This document shows, piece after piece, positions 1 through 7,739 of a stretch of 64,000 bases of DNA. Origin of the DNA: Chthoniobacter flavus (GTDB lineage Bacteria > Verrucomicrobiota > Verrucomicrobiia > Chthoniobacterales > JACTMZ01); assembly GCA_945871065.1 (NCBI GenBank), contig CAMBUL010000003.1:269-64268 (forward strand). Direction: 5' to 3'. Each line of letters opens with the position of its first letter. Within the stretch, counting starts at the first letter, position 1. The notes beneath the pieces were generated by a model, which searched no databases, was not told where the DNA came from, and saw nothing but the letters and a program-made list of their open reading frames with translations. Made by a program: the position numbers and the translations under genes.

Positions 1-2
1 AG

Positions 3-98
3 CACCCTGCGCTGCGCGTGGGGACGCTCAACTCGATCCTAAGACTGGTGGCCAATCACAAAGGTGTCTCGAAAGAAGAGATCCTTGGCGGGCTCTGA
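3..98 (+). CDS. HicA-family toxin, C-terminal fragment (runs off window start)
   Basis: Frame from nt 3 reads HPALRVGTLNSILRLVANHKGVSKEEILGGL*, matching the HicA H-x-x-L-x-x-GTL-x-x-IL motif; not in the ORF track. Confidence 0.6.
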   Translation, partial: HPALRVGTLNSILRLVANHKGVSKEEILGGL

Positions 99-280
99 TC
101 ATTGAGCTGGGAAGAGACGGAAAAGCAGCGAAGAAATTGCCGAAAGACTTTCGTCGCCCGAGGGGACGGGGGCCACTTCGGCGACTTTGAGGTCCAAGGC
201 CTCGCGGATCCCGGGAGGAAGGGGCACGGTTCTTCTATTGGAGGCTTGGAGCGCCGCAATACTGCAATGCGGTGCATTGA

Positions 281-318
281 AAAGCGGCGTCGAGCCGCCG
301 CACTCCAAAAAAGACGCG
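281..318. repeat. REP-like repeat family A, copy 1
   Basis: AAAGCGGCGTCGAGCCGCCGCACTCCAAAAAAGACGCG with GCGGCG/CGCCGC hairpin; near-identical copies at 1577 and 7740. Confidence 0.85.
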
Positions 319-326
319 GCCTGTGC

Positions 327-1469
327 TCAGGGGCGGTTGGTCAGGGTTGGCCGGAGTTGTTCGACGGGGAGGAACTCGATTTCCAGATTTTTGATGCGAC
401 GGGTGTAAGGTTTAGTGATGTTGGGGGCGATGACGAGGTTGCGGCCGTGTTGGTAGGACTCGCGGAAGTGTGCGAGGTTGTCTGCTTCGAAGGCATCGGC
501 GTTCCATTTGGTTTCGAGCGCATCGACGCGGCTGCGGGTTTGCGGGATGACGAAATCGATCTCGCGGCCGGATTCGTCGCGCCAGAAATGCAGACGTGGC
601 AGCGGGATGGAGAGCAGTGTGTCCAGCACCAGGTGCTCCCAGAGCTGTCCGCAGTCTTCGGGGCGCAAGCGGTCCCAGCCGCGGGCGTGGCAAATGAAAC
701 CGGTGTCGAATCCGTAGATTTTCGGACGGGCCAGCAACTCGCGCCGGCCGCCGCCTGAGAACGGACGCAGCAGACGGACCGCGTGCGTGGCTTGCAGCAC
801 TTCGAGCCAGCTCATCACCGTGGGCCGGCTCACGCCGGCGTGTTTGGCCAGGGAGGTAATCTCGGCGAGGCCGCCGCTCTGGCGCAGGATGAGTTCGACG
901 AGCAAAAGGAAGGCATTGCGTTTTTCGACACGGAAAAGCTCCTGCACATCGCGCGCGAAGTAGGAGTCGAGCCATTCGGCGTAGAATTCCCAGTCGGGTG
1001 CGGCGGACAACAAGGCCGGGGGCAGACCGCCGTGCAGCAAGCGGACCTTGAGGTCTTGGATACCGAAGGCGGGAAGTTCTTCCACCAGCACGGGCTCGAG
1101 AACAACCGAGCGTTTGCGTCCGGTCAGGGTGTCGCGGAATTTGCGGGTCGCGGCCAGCGTGGAGGATCCGGTGGCCAGGATTTTCAATTCAGGAAAGGCA
1201 TCGGTGGCGATCTTCAGCACGCGGCTGGGGTCGGGTAATTGGTGAACCTCGTCGAGGATCACGAGGGGTTTGCTCACGGCACGGAAGAACGCTTCCGGGT
1301 CGGCGAGACGTGCGGCTTCGGCCGGCAGGTCACAGTTGAGGAATTCCGCGTCACCAAGTTCCTTGGCGAGGACGGTTTTCCCAACGCGCCGTACGCCGGC
1401 CAGCCAGACCAGAGGGACTTTGCTCCAAGCGGCCGCAAGGCGCTGTTTCCAGAGAGGACGGTCGATCAT
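327..1469 (-). CDS. AAA_14/DUF4143 ATP-binding protein with wHTH and C-terminal PD-(D/E)xK-like domain
   Basis: Walker A GVRRVGKT, Walker B VILDEVH, GSS motif, HTH-like ITSLAKHAGVSRPTVMSWL, C-terminal EIDFV...ETK. Confidence 0.85.
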   Translation of the reverse strand: MIDRPLWKQRLAAAWSKVPLVWLAGVRRVGKTVLAKELGDAEFLNCDLPAEAARLADPEAFFRAVSKPLVILDEVHQLPDPSRVLKIATDAFPELKILATGSSTLAATRKFRDTLTGRKRSVVLEPVLVEELPAFGIQDLKVRLLHGGLPPALLSAAPDWEFYAEWLDSYFARDVQELFRVEKRNAFLLLVELILRQSGGLAEITSLAKHAGVSRPTVMSWLEVLQATHAVRLLRPFSGGGRRELLARPKIYGFDTGFICHARGWDRLRPEDCGQLWEHLVLDTLLSIPLPRLHFWRDESGREIDFVIPQTRSRVDALETKWNADAFEADNLAHFRESYQHGRNLVIAPNITKPYTRRIKNLEIEFLPVEQLRPTLTNRP

Positions 1470-1470
1470 T

Positions 1471-1516
1471 GAAAGTTAACTTTACATCTAACGCGGAGAA
1501 TGTAAAGTCTGCTTTC
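1471..1516. promoter_or_regulatory. Inverted repeat (candidate operator) immediately upstream of the AAA gene
   Basis: ACTTTACAT (1479-1487) N12 ATGTAAAGT (1500-1508) is perfect; extends to GAAAG/CTTTC. Confidence 0.55.
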
Positions 1517-1576
1517 GTTCCGTGGTGGAGCTGCTGGGGCAAATCGCGGCGGCTGGGGGCGATGGGTGGACTGGGG

Positions 1577-1615
1577 AAAGCGGCGTCGAGCCGCCGCACT
1601 CCAAAAAAAGACGCG
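1577..1615. repeat. REP-like repeat family A, copy 2
   Basis: Same sequence and orientation as 281-318 with one extra A. Confidence 0.85.
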
Positions 1616-1660
1616 CCCCGGTTTCCCGGGGCGCGTGTGATTTCTGACTAGGCGATTAGC

Positions 1661-1792
1661 TTAGCAGCAGCCGGCAGCGCAGTCGCAGGGGCAGCATTGG
1701 CCGCCGCAGTCGGTGCACTTGCAGGCTTCTTTCGCCGTGACCGTGAAGGACAGGGCGAGGACCGCCAGGATTGCGAAGAGGAATTTTTTCAT
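1661..1792 (-). CDS. Secreted metallothionein-like Cys-rich peptide (43 aa)
   Basis: MKKFLFAILAVLALSFTVTA|KEACKCTDCGGQCCPCDCAAGCC: clear signal peptide, 9 Cys in 23 mature residues, GGAG RBS upstream of ATG. Confidence 0.75.
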   Translation of the reverse strand: MKKFLFAILAVLALSFTVTAKEACKCTDCGGQCCPCDCAAGCC

Positions 1793-1828
1793 TTTGATAT
1801 TCTCCGTTGAGGTTTCGTTCCAATGTTC

Positions 1829-1850
1829 CTTCCGCCAACAGGGGCGGAAG
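1829..1850 (-). promoter_or_regulatory. GC-rich stem-loop between the upstream ORF and the metallothionein-like gene
   Basis: Minus strand CTTCCGCC-CCTGTT-GGCGGAAG, 8-bp stem, no U tract. Confidence 0.55.
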
Positions 1851-1868
1851 CCGACGCTGAGTGAGCCC

Positions 1869-2174
1869 TCAGGCTCGCGGCGGGGGAACGGGCGGACGTG
1901 AGGTCCGCACGACGTAGGAGTCGTTCTCGAGCTGCGCCGCTGGTGAGCAGCAAGGCGCAAAGACAATGGCCGGGGCAACGGCGGGAAGAATGAAGATGGT
2001 GGCTCCGCTGGTCTGACAGGAAAGGGGCGGGCACGGACAAGCAGTGGCACAGCAGTCCGGGTCGGTCTCGCAGCAGACGGAGTCACAGGGTACCGGGCTG
2101 GGAGTGGTCGCCGCTGGCACCAGCGGCACAAAGGCCAAACCCAGCAACAGCAGGGATAGTGCGGCCAATCTCAC
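1869..2174 (-). CDS. CutF/CruR (DUF2946)-like exported Cys-rich protein with proline-rich C-terminus
   Basis: Signal-like MRLAALSLLLLGLAFVPLVPA, Cys cluster CDSVCC..DCCATACPC..SC, C-terminus RPPVPPPRA; start GTG 2174 or TTG 2207. Confidence 0.65.
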   Translation of the reverse strand: MRLAALSLLLLGLAFVPLVPAATTPSPVPCDSVCCETDPDCCATACPCPPLSCQTSGATIFILPAVAPAIVFAPCCSPAAQLENDSYVVRTSRPPVPPPRA

Positions 2175-2215
2175 AACTAAAAGTAACCCACTGCGGGATG
2201 GTGTCAAACGTCCCC

Positions 2216-3499
2216 TTATCGGAGAAAGAGCCAGCCGACCACGGCAAGGATCGGCAGGAGAACGGGCAGGGTGTAGCGGAGGATGTAGCCGAAAAAGGAG
2301 GGAGTTTTCACTTTGGCATGTTCGGCGATGGCTTTGACCATGAAGTTGGGTCCGTTGCCGATGTAAGTGGCGGCGCCGAAGAAGACGGCACCGAGCGAGA
2401 TGGCGACAAGGATCGGAACATGCGAAGCGGCAAAGGATGCGACATCGCTGGTCTTGCCCAGATCCAGCCCTTCCTGTCCGAGCGCCGCAGCGAGGAAGGT
2501 CAGGTAAGTCGGTGCATTATCCAGCACCGCGGAGAGCACACCGGTGAAGGCGTAGAATTGCAAGGGCGTCTCCACGCCGAGCGTGTCGGAGTGAAGTTGC
2601 ATGTAGTCCAAGGCGGGAATCATCGTCCCGAAGATACCGAAAAAGAGCCAAGCCACTTCTTTGATCGGATGGAGATTGAAGTGGTTCATCTCGTGGATCT
2701 GCTTCGGCGTGGCATACCAGGAACCGAGCGCAGCCGCGCCCATGGCAAGTTCGCGCCACGGTGTTGGCAGGAAAACGGCACCGAGGATGATGCCGATGAA
2801 AGCGAAGTTGCTTTTGCCGTCGATCCGGAACTCCTCGTATCCGGTCTCGAGTTCGCGCACCACCTCGGGCGCGCGGCGGAAATTGATCGAATCAATGACG
2901 TAAAACGTGGCGAGCAGGGCGCCGACGACAACCAACCAAGGCAGCCAGAGGTGCGCAGTCGTCCAGAAGAACGGAACACCCTTGAGGTATCCGAGGAACA
3001 GCGGCGGATCGCCGATCGGGGTCAGTGCGCCGCCGGCATTGCTCACGACGAAAATGAAGAAGACCACGTGGAATGCGGTGACGCGGTATTTGTTCATGCG
3101 GATCCACGGGCGGATCATGAGCATGGACGCGCCGGTCGTGCCGATGAAATTTGAAATGACCGCCCCGATCCCGAGAAATACGGTGTTCCGCAGCGGGGTG
3201 GCTTCGCCGCGCACGCGGATGTGCACTCCGCCCGCCACAATGAAGAGTGATCCAATGAGTGCGATGAAGCTGATGTATTCGTGGGCGACGTCGAACAGGC
3301 GGTCGCGTTCGCCAAGCACGAAGAAGTAGTAGCCCGCAGTGAACAAACCGAGAACGAGGGCTACCTTGGGGTAGTTCTTTTCCCACCAGTGCAGGTTGAT
3401 GAAAGGCATCAATGCGATGGACAAAAGCATCGCACCGAAGGGAAGGATCATCCACGGACTCGGCTCGATGGGCGCGGCTGAAATCGATGCGGCAAGCAC
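2216..3499 (-). CDS. Sodium:proton antiporter / putative citrate transporter (ion transporter superfamily)
   Basis: Multi-TM protein with IGTTGASM, NAGGALTPIGDPPLFLG, DNAPTY and YIGNGPNFMVK motifs. Confidence 0.85.
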   Translation of the reverse strand: MLAASISAAPIEPSPWMILPFGAMLLSIALMPFINLHWWEKNYPKVALVLGLFTAGYYFFVLGERDRLFDVAHEYISFIALIGSLFIVAGGVHIRVRGEATPLRNTVFLGIGAVISNFIGTTGASMLMIRPWIRMNKYRVTAFHVVFFIFVVSNAGGALTPIGDPPLFLGYLKGVPFFWTTAHLWLPWLVVVGALLATFYVIDSINFRRAPEVVRELETGYEEFRIDGKSNFAFIGIILGAVFLPTPWRELAMGAAALGSWYATPKQIHEMNHFNLHPIKEVAWLFFGIFGTMIPALDYMQLHSDTLGVETPLQFYAFTGVLSAVLDNAPTYLTFLAAALGQEGLDLGKTSDVASFAASHVPILVAISLGAVFFGAATYIGNGPNFMVKAIAEHAKVKTPSFFGYILRYTLPVLLPILAVVGWLFLR

Positions 3500-3613
3500 A
3501 GGAACCCGACAGCATCAGCCACTGGGCTCCCCTGACTCAAGTCTATTTGGCGGCCGTTGAGTTCAAAGTGGGTCAAGCCGTCGGGCGGGAGATAAAGAAG
3601 AGGTGGAACGACA

Positions 3614-3693
3614 AAGGCTGAGACTTGAGTTTGAGACCTGAGTGGAGGGGGGAGGGAGAGTTTTAAGTTTTAGGTTTGTAAGTTTTAAGTGGC
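3614..3693 (+). repeat. Composite intergenic repeat family F, copy 1
   Basis: AAGGCTGAGACTTGAGTTTGAGACCTGAGTG...GGAGGGAG...TTTTAAGTGGC; related copies at 5632 and 6978. Confidence 0.7.
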
Positions 3694-3710
3694 TGAAGCG
3701 GCACACTGGC

Positions 3711-3786
3711 GGGTGTGCGCTTGGGAAGTAACTGGGGGGATCACCCTCATTCAGGGCGCGCGGCGGGTCCGGAGGCCCCGCCCTAC
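3711..3786 (+). repeat. REP-like family E, copy 1 (TGGGAAGTAACTGGGGG box plus GTAGGGCGGGGC hairpin end)
   Basis: 17-bp box at 3722-3738 is identical to 40624-40640 (reverse); both elements end in AGGCCCCGCCCTAC. Confidence 0.75.
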
Positions 3787-3846
3787 GACAAGAGGGTGGC
3801 TATATTTGGGTTCCGGCTCTTGTCAGCTGGCGCTACAAATGCGGGG

Positions 3847-4692
3847 ATGAAGGCTCCTTTTGCTCCGAAGCTTGATGCCGCGCTTTTGATCCTGGCGCAC
3901 GGGTCGAGTGTCAATGCGACGTCGAGCCTTCCGACCCGGGAATTGACCGGGCGGTTGCGGGACTCGGGGTTGTTCGGTGAGGTGGCTTGCGGGTTTTGGA
4001 AGGAGAAGCCGGGGCTGCGGGAAGCTTTGGATCGTCTGACCAAGCCGGAAATTTTCATCGTGCCGAATTTTACGGTGGAGGGTTATTTCGTGCGCAATGT
4101 CATTCCGAAAGAACTCGGACTGACGGGTCCAGTGACCAAAAATGACAAGGGACAGGTTCTGCGGTTGTGTTTGCCAGTTGGGGGGCATCCGCGCATGACC
4201 GAAGTGTTGCTCCATCGCGCACGGGAGGTGGCGCCGGAGGTGGATTACGCGCAGGCGGCGTTACTGGTGCTGGGGCATGGCACGCCGCTCGATACGCGGA
4301 GTTCGGAAGCGGTCGAGGCGCAGGTGGAGGCCATCCGGGCGCGCGGCATTTTCGCCGAGGTGCACGGGGCGTTCATGGAAACGCCGCCGAAGATCGAGGA
4401 CTGGCGCACGATCACGCCGTGCCGGGAGGTGATTGCCGTGCCGTTTTTTATCGCGGACGGATTGCACAGCGACGAGGACATCCCGGGTTTGCTCGGCATC
4501 ACGGGCGGTGGTGATGCAGGGGAGCGGGAGCGGAAGAATCCGCATCTGCTCGACGGGCGGCGGCTTTTTTATTCGCGGGCGGTCGGCACGGATCCGGGGA
4601 TGGGGGAGGTCATCCTCGATCAGGTGCTTTCGTGGGAGCTGTGTGCCAAGGGCATTCCGCGAAACGGGGAGACAGCGGGCGCTGCAGTGTGA
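3847..4692 (+). CDS. CbiX/SirB-family sirohydrochlorin chelatase
   Basis: Two repeated domains LILAHGS...VPNF..EGYF and LVLGHGT...VPFFIADGLH; start moved to ATG 3847. Confidence 0.85.
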   Translation: MKAPFAPKLDAALLILAHGSSVNATSSLPTRELTGRLRDSGLFGEVACGFWKEKPGLREALDRLTKPEIFIVPNFTVEGYFVRNVIPKELGLTGPVTKNDKGQVLRLCLPVGGHPRMTEVLLHRAREVAPEVDYAQAALLVLGHGTPLDTRSSEAVEAQVEAIRARGIFAEVHGAFMETPPKIEDWRTITPCREVIAVPFFIADGLHSDEDIPGLLGITGGGDAGERERKNPHLLDGRRLFYSRAVGTDPGMGEVILDQVLSWELCAKGIPRNGETAGAAV

Positions 4693-4704
4693 TAGGCATA
4701 ACGC

Positions 4705-5085
4705 ATGGTCACGAAATTACTCCACACCCGCTACCGGGTGAACGACCTCGAAAAGACGGTCAATTTTTACAAGGACGTGCTCGGTTTGGAAGAAATCCGG
4801 CGTCACAAGTCCCCGCGCGGGTCCGAGTTGGTTTTCCTCAAGACGCCGGGCAGCGAGGAGTTGATCGAGATTTGTGCCTATCCGTCGAGCGGTCCGGTCG
4901 TGGTCGGACCTGACCTGACCCACCTGGCTTTCGAGGTGGAGGATTTGGAGAAATTCGCCCAGGAGGCGGCGGCCAAGGGGTATCCGCTTTCCGATGGTCC
5001 GACCACCTCATCGACCGGAACGGTTTTCGCCTTCATCGACGCGCCTGAGGGCTACGAGATCGAGTTGATCCAGGCGCCGGAATAG
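4705..5085 (+). CDS. gloA: Lactoylglutathione lyase (glyoxalase I, VOC family)
   Basis: LLHTRYRVNDLE..FY..VLG, HLAFEV, AFIDAPEGYEIELI. Confidence 0.8.
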   Translation: MVTKLLHTRYRVNDLEKTVNFYKDVLGLEEIRRHKSPRGSELVFLKTPGSEELIEICAYPSSGPVVVGPDLTHLAFEVEDLEKFAQEAAAKGYPLSDGPTTSSTGTVFAFIDAPEGYEIELIQAPE

Positions 5086-5095
5086 GCGCGGCCTT

Positions 5096-5362
5096 ATGGA
5101 ATTCGACTGGCTCGAGGCATCATTCGACCTCAAGGCGCTGACCCCACGGGCGATCGAAGAATCGTTCGAAGATCCGTTCAGCCTGCGACTACTGCCCGAC
5201 TATGATCATGGGGAGGCGCGCTATTTCAACCTCGGACGCTCGGTCGAGGGGCGGGGAATTTTCAGCGTGTTCTGGACGGACGGCAAAACGGTGCGGGTGG
5301 TGGCGGCGCGGCCAATGACCAAGGACGAGGAAAACTTTTTCGAAAGGAAGAATGCCGAATAG
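5096..5362 (+). CDS. BrnT-family (DUF497) toxin
   Basis: MEFDW start, GEARY..LG, VRVVAARPMT. Confidence 0.8.
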   Translation: MEFDWLEASFDLKALTPRAIEESFEDPFSLRLLPDYDHGEARYFNLGRSVEGRGIFSVFWTDGKTVRVVAARPMTKDEENFFERKNAE

Positions 5363-5639
5363 CGAAGCGAACGAGTTGCGCATGGTGCGTGCGTGGTCAG
5401 AGGTGCCCGCCTTCGACGATGAGGCGGCCGAGGCGGTATTCTGGTTGCGGCACAGTCTCGACCCGAAGCTAATGAATGCGTCGATCCCGAAGAGTGACGC
5501 GCGCGAGTCGGCCACGGTGACCTTGCGGTTTGATCCGCGCATGCTGGCGCGGATCAAACGCGTGGCCCGCTCGCGGTATTTGAATTACCAGAGCATGATC
5601 AAGCAGTGGTTGGCGGAGAGGCTTGAAAAAGAAGGCTGA
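5352..5639 (+). CDS. BrnA/CopG-family antitoxin
   Basis: PAF..EA.EA.FW, VTLRFDP..L..IK..A....NYQSMIK.WL.E.L (ribbon-helix-helix); overlaps the toxin gene. Confidence 0.8.
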   Translation: MPNSEANELRMVRAWSEVPAFDDEAAEAVFWLRHSLDPKLMNASIPKSDARESATVTLRFDPRMLARIKRVARSRYLNYQSMIKQWLAERLEKEG

Positions 5640-5752
5640 AAGTTGAGTTTGAGCCGGAGTGAAACGGAGACAGGTCGCCGCGGCGACCAAACCTGAGTGA
5701 AGGGGGTGAGGGGGAGGGAGTTTTAAGTGGCGGGAGTCGCGTTGGCGGGTGT
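5632..5752 (+). repeat. Composite repeat F, copy 2, carrying a family B palindrome (5673-5688)
   Basis: AAGGCTGAAAGTTGAGTTTGAG...GGTCGCCGCGGCGACC...CCTGAGTG...GGAGGGAGTTTTAAGTGGC...CGCGTTGGCGGGTGT. Confidence 0.7.
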
Positions 5753-5869
5753 TGTGAGGTGTTGAAAAAATCGACGAGGGGAGCTTTGGTATCGGCTCCT
5801 GCCGATGAGCTTGGCTGCGACGGTCGTGGACTGGTGCTCCAAGCTGGGGTATTAGAAGTTATTCCCCTT

Positions 5870-6979
5870 ATGAAAATTGGAGTCCCCCGGGAGATTAAAA
5901 AGCAGGAGCATCGGGTCGCGCTGTTGCCGGCCACGGCCTATCAGCTGAAGAAGCGCGGACACGAGGTTCTGGTCGAACGCGGGGCCGGCGCAGATTGTGG
6001 CTATCCGGATTCCGACTATGAGGCGGCCGGCGCGACGATGGTAGACGCACACCATGCGGTGTTTGCCGCGGATTTGATCGTCAAGGTGAAGGAACCGCAA
6101 CCGGACGAGATTCCGCTGCTGCGCAAAGGCCAGATTCTTTTCACCTACCTGCACCTCGCAGCGGACAAAATACTGACGGAATCGTTGATGAAAAGCGGGG
6201 TGACGGGGTTGGCTTACGAGACGATTGAGATCAATCGACGCCTGCCACTGCTCGAGCCGATGAGTGAGATTGCCGGCCGGATGTCGGTGGTGGTGGGAGC
6301 CAACTGCCTGGCCAAGCACCATGGCGGCAATGGCGTGCTGCTCGGCGGTGTGCCGGGGGTGCTGCCGGGCAAAGTGGTGGTGATCGGCGGAGGGACGTCG
6401 GGGATCAATGCGGCCCGCATGGCGCAGGGGTTGGGGGCGGATGTGACCATTCTGGAAGTCGATCTCGAGCGGATGCGTTTCCTTGATATCACGCTACACA
6501 CCGCGCATACGCTTTATTCGAATGAGGCTCATTTGCAGGAAGTGTTGCCGCAGGTGGATCTTCTGATCGGCGCGGTGCTGGTACCTGGCGCACGCGCGCC
6601 ACGGTTGATCACGCGGGAGATGTTGCGCTGCATGAAGCCGGGGAGCGTGTTTGTCGATATCGCGATCGACCAAGGCGGCTGCGCGGAGACGTCGCGTCCG
6701 ACGACGCATGAAAACCCGACCTTTGTGGAAGAGGGGGTGATCCACTATTGCGTGGCCAACATGCCCGGGGCGTATGCCCGCACGGCGACGCAGGCCTTGA
6801 CCAATGTGACGGCGCGCTACGTCGAAATGATTGCGGATCTCACGTTGGCGGGTGCGTGTGAGAAGGTGCCGGCCCTGCGGGGGGGGATCAACGTGCACGA
6901 GGGGAAGCTGATTTGTCCGATGGTGGCCGAGGCGTTTGGGATGAGTGCCGCGCCGCTGGAACTGCGCGGCGCTTACTAA
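5870..6979 (+). CDS. ald: Alanine dehydrogenase
   Basis: MKIGVPREIKKQEHRV, KVKEP, FTYLHLAA, PMSEIAGR, DIAIDQGGC.ETSRPTTH, HYCVANMPGA. Confidence 0.95.
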   Translation: MKIGVPREIKKQEHRVALLPATAYQLKKRGHEVLVERGAGADCGYPDSDYEAAGATMVDAHHAVFAADLIVKVKEPQPDEIPLLRKGQILFTYLHLAADKILTESLMKSGVTGLAYETIEINRRLPLLEPMSEIAGRMSVVVGANCLAKHHGGNGVLLGGVPGVLPGKVVVIGGGTSGINAARMAQGLGADVTILEVDLERMRFLDITLHTAHTLYSNEAHLQEVLPQVDLLIGAVLVPGARAPRLITREMLRCMKPGSVFVDIAIDQGGCAETSRPTTHENPTFVEEGVIHYCVANMPGAYARTATQALTNVTARYVEMIADLTLAGACEKVPALRGGINVHEGKLICPMVAEAFGMSAAPLELRGAY

Positions 6980-7009
6980 GGCTGAGACTTGAGTTTGAAG
7001 CCTGAGTGA
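6978..7009 (+). repeat. Composite repeat F, copy 3
   Basis: AAGGCTGAGACTTGAGTTTGAAGCCTGAGTGA, nearly identical to 3614-3644. Confidence 0.75.
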
Positions 7010-7012
7010 GGT

Positions 7013-7086
7013 GGAGCGGCGGTCTGTGACCGCCGGTGCATGGAAGACGGAACGGAAGGGTTCCGACGGTCACATACCGCCGCTAC
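7013..7086. repeat. REPIN-like inverted pair, family C
   Basis: GGAGCGGCGGTCTGTGACCGCCG (7013-7035) and reverse GTAGCGGCGGTATGTGACCGTCG (7064-7086), GTAG foot. Confidence 0.7.
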
Positions 7087-7101
7087 AAGTTTTTTGGATT
7101 T

Positions 7102-7725
7102 TCAAGTCCGTGGATCGTCCTTCGACCACTCGCGGGTGTTGATCACGCGGCGTTCGAAGGGGGTGGCGCGGCGGATAAGGGGTTTGTTTTTCTTGGGCAC
7201 GAATTGGTAGTGGGGGATGGCGTTAAGTTTGTCGTCGATTTCCCAAAGGTCTTCGTGCGTCGTGATCCAGTAGTCGCCCATAGTGCGGAGGTCGAAGGGG
7301 CGGGAGTAAGAGGCGAGGGTTTTCAGTCCGTCGTCGCGGAAATATTCGTGGTAATAAGACAGGGCCAGCTCGCGGACGGTTTTATAGATCGGGTCGCGGT
7401 AGCGGACGACGGCATGGTTGGTTTTGGAAAGGGCCCCCCAGCGGCCGTGTTCTTTGAAGAGGGCCACGACGTGTTCGTCGTCGAATTCGATGGTCTTCAG
7501 GTCGAGGAGCAATGGCGGTTTACCGTGCAACCATAATGCGGCGGCGGCGACGAGGGCGCCTTCGACGCAATGGGCTTTGTCTTCGCGCAGGACACGGCGG
7601 GGGGACATGTGGGTGTCGCCGTGTTTTTCGAAATTGATCGGGATCCGGTCGAGGAAGTCCTGAATTTTGCGCGGGGTGGAGAGCCGGCGCAGGGTGGCAG
7701 TTTCGCAGGGGGTGAGGCCGAACAT
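7102..7725 (-). CDS. Conserved hypothetical protein, transglutaminase/cysteine-protease-like
   Basis: P.KIQDFL..IP.NFE..GDT..SPRRVL....AHCVEGAL, DDEHVVALFK; start moved to ATG 7725. Confidence 0.65.
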   Translation of the reverse strand: MFGLTPCETATLRRLSTPRKIQDFLDRIPINFEKHGDTHMSPRRVLREDKAHCVEGALVAAAALWLHGKPPLLLDLKTIEFDDEHVVALFKEHGRWGALSKTNHAVVRYRDPIYKTVRELALSYYHEYFRDDGLKTLASYSRPFDLRTMGDYWITTHEDLWEIDDKLNAIPHYQFVPKKNKPLIRRATPFERRVINTREWSKDDPRT

Positions 7726-7739
7726 GAAGGGAGGATAGC

